Shown in pieces: positions 8,589 to 17,620 of a stretch of DNA of 55,938 nt (position 1 is its first letter; every line of letters begins with the position of its first letter). Under the pieces are notes generated by a model that saw only the letters and a list, made by a program, of their open reading frames with translations, made no database searches and was not told the origin of the DNA. The translations under genes and the position numbers were made by a program. The DNA lies in assembly GCA_964396705.1 (NCBI GenBank), contig CAYNHC010000001.1, forward strand, positions 1 through 55,938, given 5' to 3'. The stretch comes from an uncultured Paludibacter sp. (GTDB lineage: Bacteria > Bacteroidota > Bacteroidia > Bacteroidales > Paludibacteraceae).

Positions 8589-11500
8589 ATGGGAAACAAT
8601 CCAAAAAATTATGTCGGTAAATCAGTTAAAATATTAAAATATAATATATTTATAATCAGAATATTATTCTTGCTTTTTTTTGTCGGGTTTACAACAGTAA
8701 ATGCTGCGGATAAAGTTTCCAAGACCAAAATTAATCTCCAGTTAGAGGATGTCACTATTAAAAGCATTTTGAGTGCGATTGAAAAACAAACTGACTATAT
8801 TTTTATTTACAACGTAAATGTTATAAATTCGAATTTAAAGAAAAGTATTTCTGTAAAAGATGGTAGTATTGATTATGTGCTGGATATTTTATTTGATAAA
8901 TTGGATGTAGAAATAAAAATTGATGGCCGACAGGTGTATGTTTTAAAAAAAGCAAAGCAGCTCCCGGAGACAAAGGCTCCTGTAAAAAAGAATAACGTGG
9001 TTACAGGAGTGGTCAGAGACGAGAACAATGAAAGCGTTATTGGTGCAAATGTGACGGTTGAGGGAGGTACTTCAGGAACAATAACAGATCTTGCTGGTTT
9101 TTTTTCAATTGAAGCTTCTGAAAATGCTCAGTTGAAAATATCTTATGTCGGGTATGAAACGAAAATTGTTGATGTTAAAGGAAAGAATTCGCTAAATGTA
9201 AGTATATCTCCTACCTTAAAGATATTAGATGAGCTTGTTGTGGTCGGTTATGGTCTTCAGAAAAAAAGTGATTTGGCGGGATCTATTGGTCAGGTTAAAT
9301 CAGATCAGATTAAAAATACTGCTTCAACCGACCTGACTTCTGCTTTGCAAGGGAAGGTTTCGGGAGTTTATATTCTGAATAACAGTGGTGCCGCGGGGTC
9401 AAAAGCTGAAATTAACATCAGGGGTGTAACTTCATTAAATGGAGTGTCTCCTTTGTGGATTATTGATGGTGTTCCAGGGGATCAAAGTACTTTAAATATG
9501 AATGATGTAGAGAACATCGATATAATTAAAGATGGTGCAGCAGCTGCTATTTATGGTGTGAAAGCCGCGGCAGGTGTTATTTTAGTAACAACGAAGAGAG
9601 GAATTGGGCAGAAAAAGCCAAGAATTAGTTTTAATACCTATACAGGACTAAGTAGTGCTTGGCGTTTACCCGAAATGTTAAACTCAGATCAATACATTAC
9701 ATTGAAGAATGAACAATGGGCAACATCCGCAAAAGGAGTGCCAACAGGTTTAAGTATGGATTCTATTGGTAAATATACGACTACTAATTGGATGAAAGAA
9801 ATGTTTAGGCAGGGAAAAGTACAGAATTATGATTTAACTGTCTCCGGTTCGAATGAAACTAGCAATTATTATATTGGTGGAACTTATTTTAAAAATGAGC
9901 CATCATTTATTGATAACTCAATTGAAAGATATTCTTTCAGGATTAATTCAGATTATAAGATAGCAAAGTGGATTAAAATCGGGGAATCCGTGAATTTTAT
10001 GTATTCAAAAACTAATCCCGTTGGTGCCGATGCAGTATATCTTACTACTTTATTAAGAACTCCACCTATGATGCCTGTTTATGATGAAAATAACCAACCG
10101 GGAGGATTTGGTTATGTTGATTATCAGGATATTGGAGATTTTGATGGTGAAAATCCGATGGCAATGCAGCTATGTAATAAGAAATTGGAGCACTCTTATC
10201 AATTAAGTGGAAATGCCTATGCCACGATAAATATTCTACCTGGGTTGAGTGTTACAGGAACTTTTTCTGGTAGTGCCGGCTTTGGTGATCAAAAGACTGT
10301 AAAATTGCCTTACAAATTATCGGAGGATAAGAAAAATCACCCTGATATGGATGTTTTTGTGGGATTTAGCAAGAATTGGAGTATGCTAGGTAATGTGTAT
10401 ATTAATTATGTGAAAGAATTTGGTTTGCATAATATCAATCTGATGGCGGGATATGAAGCAAGCAAATATGCAGGGACTTACCTGAATGCAGGAGGTCTGA
10501 GTGTCAAATATAATCTTCCCGTGTTAGATAATGTTGACACAAAGAACATTACGGCAGGTGGAAATGAATATCTCGGCAGGTCACTTTCTCAATTTGGACG
10601 ATTTAACTACCAGTATGCCAATAAATACATCGCACAGTTTATTGTTCGTAGGGATGGTAGTGATAAATTCGGACCCAAAAACCGATACGGGATATTTCCT
10701 TCAGTATCGTTTGCATGGAAGTTAAGTGAAGAAGAATTTATTAAAAAGATACCCACAATTTCTTTTTTGAAATTAAGAGGAACCTATGGTGTAAATGGAA
10801 ATGACAATATTGGACAGTATAATTATTATTCTTTAATGGCACCTGGTCAGTACTATCCCTTTGGCACTTACAATAACATTACCAATATCCAGGGGATTAT
10901 TCGTTCGAGGAACGTGGCAAACCCTTATATACAATGGGAACGCTCAAAGCAGTTAGACTTAGGACTGGAATTGGGCTTGTTTAAAAACGCCCTGTTTTTT
11001 AACATAGAGCCTTATATTAAGTCGGTTGATCAGATGCTATTTGCGCAACCACTATCACTGAGCTCGGGATTTGCTGATTTTCAGTCTAATCCATATCAGG
11101 TAATCAATACCGGATTAATTTCAAACAGAGGGTTGGATTTCTCTGTAACCTATAAAGGGAAAGTGGGCGAATTTCAATATTCTATCGGGGGAAATATTTC
11201 AACTTTCAACTATACAGTGGACGAATTGCTGGATAATAATCCAATATTAGCGAGTGGGGTATTAGCCTCTGGTGAGAAAGTATCTAAAACTACAGTAGGT
11301 GAAAGTTCAGCCTATTTTTTCGGATATCAGTGTGATGGTATATTTCAGACTCAGGAACAGGTGGATGAATATAACAACAATGCTCGTGATATAGCATTGG
11401 AAAAAAACCCGAATTTAACTCCCTCCCAATTATCTGATATATATTATAATAGCAAAGGGACTGCTCCCGGCGACCTTATTTACAAAGATATAGATGGTGA

Positions 11501-12047
11501 TGGTGTTATCACAGTAAATGACAAAGAAAAACTTGGAACTCCATGGCCTAAAGCTACCTACGGATTACAGTTTACAGCCAATTATAAAGGAATTGATATG
11601 CTGCTTACTTCAGCTGGTGTATACGGGAAGGATGTGTTTAATGCAAGTAAAGCATCCTTATATCAATTTGGAAGTTACGATTATTCAACTTCTACTATGG
11701 CTCTTACCCGCTGGACTCCTGAAAATCATTCTACTACCAATTTCAGAATTGATGGTACCGACCCAAATAAGAATATGTCAAACCCATCCAGTTGGTATAT
11801 TGAGGATGGATCATTTTTTAGAATTAAAAATCTTGAATTGGGATACACCATACCAAGTGTTTGGACTAATAAAGCTGGAATCAGCCGGTTACGTGTCTTT
11901 GTTTCGGGGCAAAATCTCTTGACACTTACCAATTATACCGGGTTTGATCCTGAATTCGGGATGGGTGGTACACTCAGCGCAGGTGTTGATGGCGGAACCT
12001 ATCCTCAATCAAAAGTTTATACAATGGGATTGCAGGTTGAATTCTAA
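8589..12047 (+). CDS. susC: SusC/RagA TonB-dependent transducer with N-terminal signalling (STN) domain
   Basis: STN segment (ILSAIEKQTDYIFIY), CarboxypepD-like domain, LDELVVVGYG, PLWIIDG, KDGAAAAIYG..AAAGVILVTTKRG, RRDGSDKFG, GDLIYKDIDGDG, DGSFFRIKNLELGY, C-terminal YP...GLQVEF. Confidence 0.97.
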   Translation: MGNNPKNYVGKSVKILKYNIFIIRILFLLFFVGFTTVNAADKVSKTKINLQLEDVTIKSILSAIEKQTDYIFIYNVNVINSNLKKSISVKDGSIDYVLDILFDKLDVEIKIDGRQVYVLKKAKQLPETKAPVKKNNVVTGVVRDENNESVIGANVTVEGGTSGTITDLAGFFSIEASENAQLKISYVGYETKIVDVKGKNSLNVSISPTLKILDELVVVGYGLQKKSDLAGSIGQVKSDQIKNTASTDLTSALQGKVSGVYILNNSGAAGSKAEINIRGVTSLNGVSPLWIIDGVPGDQSTLNMNDVENIDIIKDGAAAAIYGVKAAAGVILVTTKRGIGQKKPRISFNTYTGLSSAWRLPEMLNSDQYITLKNEQWATSAKGVPTGLSMDSIGKYTTTNWMKEMFRQGKVQNYDLTVSGSNETSNYYIGGTYFKNEPSFIDNSIERYSFRINSDYKIAKWIKIGESVNFMYSKTNPVGADAVYLTTLLRTPPMMPVYDENNQPGGFGYVDYQDIGDFDGENPMAMQLCNKKLEHSYQLSGNAYATINILPGLSVTGTFSGSAGFGDQKTVKLPYKLSEDKKNHPDMDVFVGFSKNWSMLGNVYINYVKEFGLHNINLMAGYEASKYAGTYLNAGGLSVKYNLPVLDNVDTKNITAGGNEYLGRSLSQFGRFNYQYANKYIAQFIVRRDGSDKFGPKNRYGIFPSVSFAWKLSEEEFIKKIPTISFLKLRGTYGVNGNDNIGQYNYYSLMAPGQYYPFGTYNNITNIQGIIRSRNVANPYIQWERSKQLDLGLELGLFKNALFFNIEPYIKSVDQMLFAQPLSLSSGFADFQSNPYQVINTGLISNRGLDFSVTYKGKVGEFQYSIGGNISTFNYTVDELLDNNPILASGVLASGEKVSKTTVGESSAYFFGYQCDGIFQTQEQVDEYNNNARDIALEKNPNLTPSQLSDIYYNSKGTAPGDLIYKDIDGDGVITVNDKEKLGTPWPKATYGLQFTANYKGIDMLLTSAGVYGKDVFNASKASLYQFGSYDYSTSTMALTRWTPENHSTTNFRIDGTDPNKNMSNPSSWYIEDGSFFRIKNLELGYTIPSVWTNKAGISRLRVFVSGQNLLTLTNYTGFDPEFGMGGTLSAGVDGGTYPQSKVYTMGLQVEF

Positions 12048-12093
12048 TTAAGGAAACGTTTTTTTTTAATTCACAAAACAGACAACAAAAGAA

Positions 12094-13875
12094 ATGAATA
12101 AAATTATTAAACAAATATTATTTGCATCGATACTTTTTTTAACAAATGCTTGTTCTGATGACTTTCTACAGATTGATCATCCAAGTAATCCTGTGTCGGA
12201 AACATTTTTTAATTCGATTGACAATGCACAATATGCTCTCACGGGTGTTTATACCGGCCTGCGTTCGAATGACCAATCTTATTTAGGCGAAATATTTTAT
12301 GTTCTTATGTACTCAACAGGCGAAGCAGAGTACGTGCACCCGGAAGCACGCTATACCGACTTCAATAACTACAACTATACTTCGACCAATACCTTGATTT
12401 CAGGATATTATCAGTTTTGGTATAATGTGATTGGACGTGCCAATAATGTTATCGAGGGACTAAGAAAAATGCAAAATAGTGGCGAATATAATGCCGATGA
12501 TTTAACCAAGATAGATTACATGTTGGGTCAATGCTACTTCTTAAGAGGTTTATCCTATTCCAATTTAGTTCGTTCATTTGGTCAAAGAATGCCAAGTAAC
12601 CCGGATTATTCCTCAGAGTTACCTGGTGTAATCATATCGGATTCAATATTCATGAAACGGGAACAACTTAATAAAGAACGTAGTAGTTGTGGCGAGGTTT
12701 ATGAGTATGTAATCAATGATTTCAAAAGAGCCGAGAACTTGTTACCTTCATCATGGCCTGCCGCTGAAGCTGGTAGGGCAACTAAAGGTGCAGCTCAGGC
12801 TTATCTCGGTGAAACTTACGTGTATTTGCAGGATTGGCCAAATGCTAAAATAGCATTTGATAAAATATTAGCGAATCCACAATTCAGCTTAGTGCCAAAC
12901 TTTAAACATAATTTTGATTATAAATATATTAACAATTCTGAGTCATTGTTTGAAGTAGGATTCAATAACATGGTTATGGAATTCGGAGCAACGTATATCT
13001 ATCGGCTGTTAGCATTACAGTCATGGGGAGCTTCGATTGTCAGACAAGAAGCGGTTAATAAATTCAGTTCTAATGTTGTAATCAATAATCAAACTTTAGC
13101 TGCAGCTGCAGCATCCAGAAATTTAGTCATGGCAAAACAGAAATCATATGTTGATACATTGGTTATGGTTTGTACTCCTCTTAAAGGTCAGTCGTTTGAA
13201 AGCAAAGAAGCCTTGTTAAATACTATTGACCCCTATATAAATTTTGATTTTTACAAAGATGACGGGGTAACTTATCAAAATTCAGTGAGGGTGTTTCTGG
13301 ATGCTTTGTCTCCTAAAGATCCGCGTTTGGCGGTAACCGTCTTTACTCCAAAGAAAGATTCTTTAGTGGTGTTCAATCCATCAACCAAAAAATGGCAGAA
13401 GAAATTATTTGATTTTACCAGTTATGGGATCAGGAAATATATTTCTGATAGTGTAAGTGTAGAAAACGCGCAAGCAGCAGGAATGGGGAACGATGGATTT
13501 GTAAGCCAAAACTTTAGAATCATGCGTCTTGACGATGTTTATCTTTATTATGCAGAGGTAATGCATCACCTGAACGATGATAATGTGGCAACTGAATACC
13601 TGAATAAAATTGTTCGAAGAGCAAATGGATTGCCCTATAACGCACCTTCAGAGGTGGATTTGGCTCCAACGGATGTTATGAAAGAAATTATGAACCAAAC
13701 CTATCTTGAAACCTGTCTTGAGGGTAAAATATGGTTTCATTATCGACGTTGGAATATTGCAAAACAAGAATGGGAAAAATATGGTTTTATTGAAAACAAA
13801 AACGAGTGTTTACCAATTCCGCAATCAGAATTTGAATTAAATTCTGGCATAAAAACTCAGAACCCAAACTATTAG
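12094..13875 (+). CDS. susD: SusD/RagB surface lipoprotein
   Basis: Lipobox LTNA/C-SDDFL; YFLRGLSY, GRATKGAAQA, DPRL, RIMRLDDVYLYYAE, terminal LPIPQSE...QNPNY; directly after susC. Confidence 0.95.
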   Translation: MNKIIKQILFASILFLTNACSDDFLQIDHPSNPVSETFFNSIDNAQYALTGVYTGLRSNDQSYLGEIFYVLMYSTGEAEYVHPEARYTDFNNYNYTSTNTLISGYYQFWYNVIGRANNVIEGLRKMQNSGEYNADDLTKIDYMLGQCYFLRGLSYSNLVRSFGQRMPSNPDYSSELPGVIISDSIFMKREQLNKERSSCGEVYEYVINDFKRAENLLPSSWPAAEAGRATKGAAQAYLGETYVYLQDWPNAKIAFDKILANPQFSLVPNFKHNFDYKYINNSESLFEVGFNNMVMEFGATYIYRLLALQSWGASIVRQEAVNKFSSNVVINNQTLAAAAASRNLVMAKQKSYVDTLVMVCTPLKGQSFESKEALLNTIDPYINFDFYKDDGVTYQNSVRVFLDALSPKDPRLAVTVFTPKKDSLVVFNPSTKKWQKKLFDFTSYGIRKYISDSVSVENAQAAGMGNDGFVSQNFRIMRLDDVYLYYAEVMHHLNDDNVATEYLNKIVRRANGLPYNAPSEVDLAPTDVMKEIMNQTYLETCLEGKIWFHYRRWNIAKQEWEKYGFIENKNECLPIPQSEFELNSGIKTQNPNY

Positions 13876-13992
13876 GCGAATGTGTCCTCTTGTGTTACTG
13901 AAAAGAACTTACTTTATTACTCGAATTAATAGATTATTTTTTAATACAAATTCATTTTATTTCTAATTACTAACATTTAAAATTTTAAAAGT

Positions 13993-15096
13993 ATGAAAAA
14001 CAAAACTCTCTTTTTGTCGATGGCTTTATTAACGGCGTCAATTTGTGCCAATGCTAATGAGATAACAGGCTCTTGTGCCAAATATCTCGAAGCAAATGAA
14101 GCTTATTCCTTTCAAGCTGATTCAATTTATAAAATTAACAAGGCTCCCGCTGATGTAACAATAACGGTGGATGCTGTTGCTGAGAAAGCATGGGAAGCTG
14201 CATTTCCGAAGGTATTAAGCAAGGTTGCAAGTGAAAACGATGGTGTAATTATTAATTTGGATAACTATCCTCAATCCGAGGCTGAAGGTCATGCAACCTA
14301 TAGAGCATTATGGACTGAAAATGGAGTTTATATGTTCATTTCCGTGAAAGACAATAATGTAACGTATCAGAGTCCTGCTTATCAATGGGAAAATGATGGT
14401 ATAGAATTTTTCTTCGCTAAAGATAGGGGTGAAAGTTTTAAACAGATAATTATTCCTGCTATGGTCGGACTGACAGGACCTGGTCAACCGGTAGCATTGG
14501 ATTTCGAATCAGGTTCTGAAGAAGGTTCTGATCCTGATTATAACGTGTTTGGATTTGATCCTCAAAACTGGGACGAAACAACATTCAACTGGGCCATTAA
14601 AAAAACAGCAGTTGGATTTGATATGGAAGTTTATATGGATAAAGACATTGTTACCAATGGAAATAGTGAAACCCATTATGGCAAAGATAAATTATTCGCC
14701 GCTGAGATTAATTATGACTTTGCCATATCAAAACAAGATGGAAACGGATTATATGTACGTCAGGGTATTTTAGCATTGTTGGGCAATAATAACAATGGAT
14801 GGAGAACTTCCGATTATTACGGATACTTTAAGATGGTGGATGAACCTAATGCTGTTAATATTCCTAAAGACGCAAAATTCTCTGCTAACTACAATGCTAC
14901 AAATAAAGAACTCAATATTACATCTGGTTCTTCTATTTCATCTGTTGTTTTATATAATATGGCAGGTCAGGTCGTTTCGACTATGAATAATAAAGTTAAC
15001 ATGTCAGTTTCAAATCTGAGCAATGGTATTTATATGGTAAAAGCAAAAGATCAGGCTGGCAATGAATTAGGTGTTCTAAAGGTTGTGTTGTACTAA
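13993..15096 (+). CDS. CBM9-like (DOMON-type) sugar-binding protein with T9SS C-terminal domain
   Basis: Signal peptide; ITVDAVAEKAW, YRALWTENGVYMFISVKD, WENDGIEFF, FDMEVYM; CTD LYNMAGQVV...LSNGIYMVK...KVVLY. Confidence 0.8.
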   Translation: MKNKTLFLSMALLTASICANANEITGSCAKYLEANEAYSFQADSIYKINKAPADVTITVDAVAEKAWEAAFPKVLSKVASENDGVIINLDNYPQSEAEGHATYRALWTENGVYMFISVKDNNVTYQSPAYQWENDGIEFFFAKDRGESFKQIIIPAMVGLTGPGQPVALDFESGSEEGSDPDYNVFGFDPQNWDETTFNWAIKKTAVGFDMEVYMDKDIVTNGNSETHYGKDKLFAAEINYDFAISKQDGNGLYVRQGILALLGNNNNGWRTSDYYGYFKMVDEPNAVNIPKDAKFSANYNATNKELNITSGSSISSVVLYNMAGQVVSTMNNKVNMSVSNLSNGIYMVKAKDQAGNELGVLKVVLY

Positions 15097-15115
15097 CCTC
15101 GAAATTTGAAGTTTG

Positions 15116-15150
15116 GAAAAAGGAAGGCAGAAAACCTTCCTTTTTCTTTC
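15116..15150 (+). terminator. Intrinsic terminator after the susCD-CBM9 unit
   Basis: GAAAAAGGAAGG (15116-15127), 7-nt loop, CCTTCCTTTTTC (15135-15146), then TTTC. Confidence 0.8.
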
Positions 15151-15181
15151 TAATTCGATGCATAAACAGAATAATTCTCAG

Positions 15182-17329
15182 ATGAAACAAATGAAACGAT
15201 ATTTTAAATTGGTTGCAATATTTATCGTCATCCTGCAAATGCTTTCGGCGCAGAAAATCGAAAAAATTGCTCCTGGTGTTTGGAAGGTGACTTATGGTAT
15301 TCCCGAACAGTTTAAACCTTCTGATTTCAAAGAGATTCCGGCAATAGAAAAAATGAAGCAGCTGGCAGATGATGATATTCCCCCGTTTGATTTAAACCTC
15401 ATCAAGTTTAGAACTACCAAACGTGGTTGTATTGCAGCATTAAACCTGGATAAATCTGAGCAATTATATGGTTTTGGATTGCAGAATAATACATTCCAAC
15501 AACGTGGATTGAGAAAAGAAATCAGGGTGAATAGTTTATCAACCGGTAACGTGGGTTTTTCTCATGCACCGGTACCGTTTTATGTTTCGACAAAAGGGTA
15601 TGGAATACTCGTGAATAGTTCGCGTTATGTGACTTTTTATAGTGGAACCATGCATAAGCTATCCGAAAGTGATAAGTTAAAAGAAGTCCGAAAGACCAAT
15701 ATTGCTACTTCGACCATTGATTTATATAAAGCTATAGAAAAACAATCCGGGAGTATGCTGATAGAAGTGCCGGCAGAACAGGGAATGGAAATCTATGTTT
15801 TTGATGGCCCGACAATGAAAGAATCAATACAACGCTATAATCTTTATTCTGGTGGCGGTTGTATACTTCCCACATGGGGATTAGGGGTGAAATATCGTGG
15901 AAAAGGCGATTATTCGGATGTTAAAACACAGAAACTGGCTAATTACTTCAGGGAAAATAAAATACCTTGTGATATGTTCGGACTTGAACCGGGATGGCAG
16001 ACAGAAGCCTACTCTTGTTCTTACGTTTGGAATAACGCTTTATTTCCTAATCCCGATCAATTTATAGAACGAATGGACAGCATGGGCTTCAAATTAAATC
16101 TTTGGGAACATGCTTATGTTTTCCCTACATCTCCTGTTTTTGATCCTTTGAAAAACAAAGCTTGTGATTTTTCAGTTTGGAAAGGGTTAGTTCCTGATTT
16201 TGTTGATCCGGAAGCACGAAAAATATTTGGTAATTATCATGAGAACTATTTAGTAAACAAAGGAATTACAGCGTTTAAACTCGACGAATGCGACGCCGCC
16301 GACTATAAAGATGCTGCTAATCAATGGAGTTTTCCTGAAATTTCACATTTCCCATCAGGAATTGACGGTGAACAAATGCACCAGTTGTTTGGCGTGCTTT
16401 ACCAAAAAAGTCTTTTGGATGTATTCAACGCTCAAAACAAACGAACTGTATTCGATGTGCGATCTTCGCAAGCATTTGCATCGCCATATTCGTCATCGCT
16501 TTACAGCGATATGTACAATCATCACGAATTTGTTCGAATGATTTCAAATGCGGGTTTTTCAGGATTGTTATGGACACCTGAAATACGTGAAAGTAAATCC
16601 GATGCTGATCTGATTCGTAGAACACAGAGCGGAGTATTGTCAGCACAATTAGTATTTAACTCTTGGTATTTGAATAATCCACCCTGGTTACAGTATGATT
16701 CTATCAAAAATAATCGCAATGAATTTTTGCCTAATGCTAAAGAATTAGAATCAAAAGTGCGCAAATTACTTGAGTTACGCATGAGTCTTATTCCATATTT
16801 GTATTCTGCTTTTGCCACTTACCATTTCGAAGGCATTCCGCCATTTCGGGCTTTAGTAGTTGATTATCCGAACGATACAGCAGTTTATGACTTAGATGAT
16901 GAGTATCTGATTGGCGAAAGTTTGTTGGCAGCGCCCTTTTTGAATGGAGCGAGCAAACGCAAAGTCTATTTCCCTACCGGAATATGGTATGATTTTAATA
17001 CCAATCAAAAATACGAAGGCGGTAAGTGGTATGATATCGAAATGACACTTGATCAGATTCCTTTATTTGTAAAAGAGAGAACAATTCTGCCTTTGGCGAA
17101 ACCCGAGCAATACATTACTAAAAATACGATTTTCGAAATCACCTGCCATACTTATGGAGCCGATTGCCGACCAGCGCATTTGTTTGCCGACAACGCCTAT
17201 ACGCTGGATTATCAGAAAAACAAATTCAGTTGGATTTCATTGGAGTGGAATGGTAAAAAGGGCAAATCAACCTCAAAAGGAGACTTTAAAGGTAGTTGCT
17301 ATAAAGTTATTGGTTGGATGAAGCATTAA
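15182..17329 (+). CDS. GH31 glycosidase with FKLDECD nucleophile motif (possibly alpha-galactosidase type)
   Basis: LYGFGLQ, SHAPVPFYVS, GLEPGW, LWEH, FKLDECD, LYSD, LIPYLY. The start is more likely ATG 15182 or 15191 (signal MKRYFKLVAIFIVILQMLSA/Q) than TTG 15113, which overlaps the terminator. Confidence 0.88.
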   Translation: MKQMKRYFKLVAIFIVILQMLSAQKIEKIAPGVWKVTYGIPEQFKPSDFKEIPAIEKMKQLADDDIPPFDLNLIKFRTTKRGCIAALNLDKSEQLYGFGLQNNTFQQRGLRKEIRVNSLSTGNVGFSHAPVPFYVSTKGYGILVNSSRYVTFYSGTMHKLSESDKLKEVRKTNIATSTIDLYKAIEKQSGSMLIEVPAEQGMEIYVFDGPTMKESIQRYNLYSGGGCILPTWGLGVKYRGKGDYSDVKTQKLANYFRENKIPCDMFGLEPGWQTEAYSCSYVWNNALFPNPDQFIERMDSMGFKLNLWEHAYVFPTSPVFDPLKNKACDFSVWKGLVPDFVDPEARKIFGNYHENYLVNKGITAFKLDECDAADYKDAANQWSFPEISHFPSGIDGEQMHQLFGVLYQKSLLDVFNAQNKRTVFDVRSSQAFASPYSSSLYSDMYNHHEFVRMISNAGFSGLLWTPEIRESKSDADLIRRTQSGVLSAQLVFNSWYLNNPPWLQYDSIKNNRNEFLPNAKELESKVRKLLELRMSLIPYLYSAFATYHFEGIPPFRALVVDYPNDTAVYDLDDEYLIGESLLAAPFLNGASKRKVYFPTGIWYDFNTNQKYEGGKWYDIEMTLDQIPLFVKERTILPLAKPEQYITKNTIFEITCHTYGADCRPAHLFADNAYTLDYQKNKFSWISLEWNGKKGKSTSKGDFKGSCYKVIGWMKH

Positions 17330-17416
17330 ACTCAATATTCTACTTCAAACCACAATCAAGCATATAATTCTTATAATGCCTGATATAAGCCTGGTTATAT
17401 GACGCTTATCCAGTAT

Positions 17417-17453
17417 GCTGTAGTTTCCATCAGAGAAACTACAGCTAATTTAT
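17417..17453 (+). terminator. Probable intrinsic terminator
   Basis: GCTGTAGTTTC (17417-17427), 7-nt loop, GAAACTACAGC (17435-17445), then TAATTTAT. Confidence 0.65.
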
Positions 17454-17486
17454 GCCCTCCAGATATATAATACTAAGTTTCCAAGG

Positions 17487-17513
17487 TGTCCATATTTTCA
17501 AATATTTCTCTCA
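17487..17513 (+). promoter_or_regulatory. Putative ECF sigma promoter, copy 3 (upstream of the long hydrolase operon)
   Basis: TGTCCATAT-N13-TCTCA (one mismatch), just after a terminator hairpin and 107 nt before ATG 17621. Confidence 0.72.
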
Positions 17514-17620
17514 GAGTTTATGAATCATTAAAATCAAATCCAAGGAAGAACAGAGAGCTTCTCATTGTGTATATACACATGTGAATCTAAATGCTGAATT
17601 ATTCCTAATTGTCAATTGTT

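Noticed and set aside
15113-15181. TTG start and N-terminal extension of the 738-aa ORF
   Set aside because: It overlaps a terminator hairpin; the signal peptide begins at 15182/15191.
17456-17483. CCTCCAGAT...TTTCC, a possible tandem degenerate promoter copy
   Set aside because: Both boxes are mismatched, and a much better copy lies at 17487.
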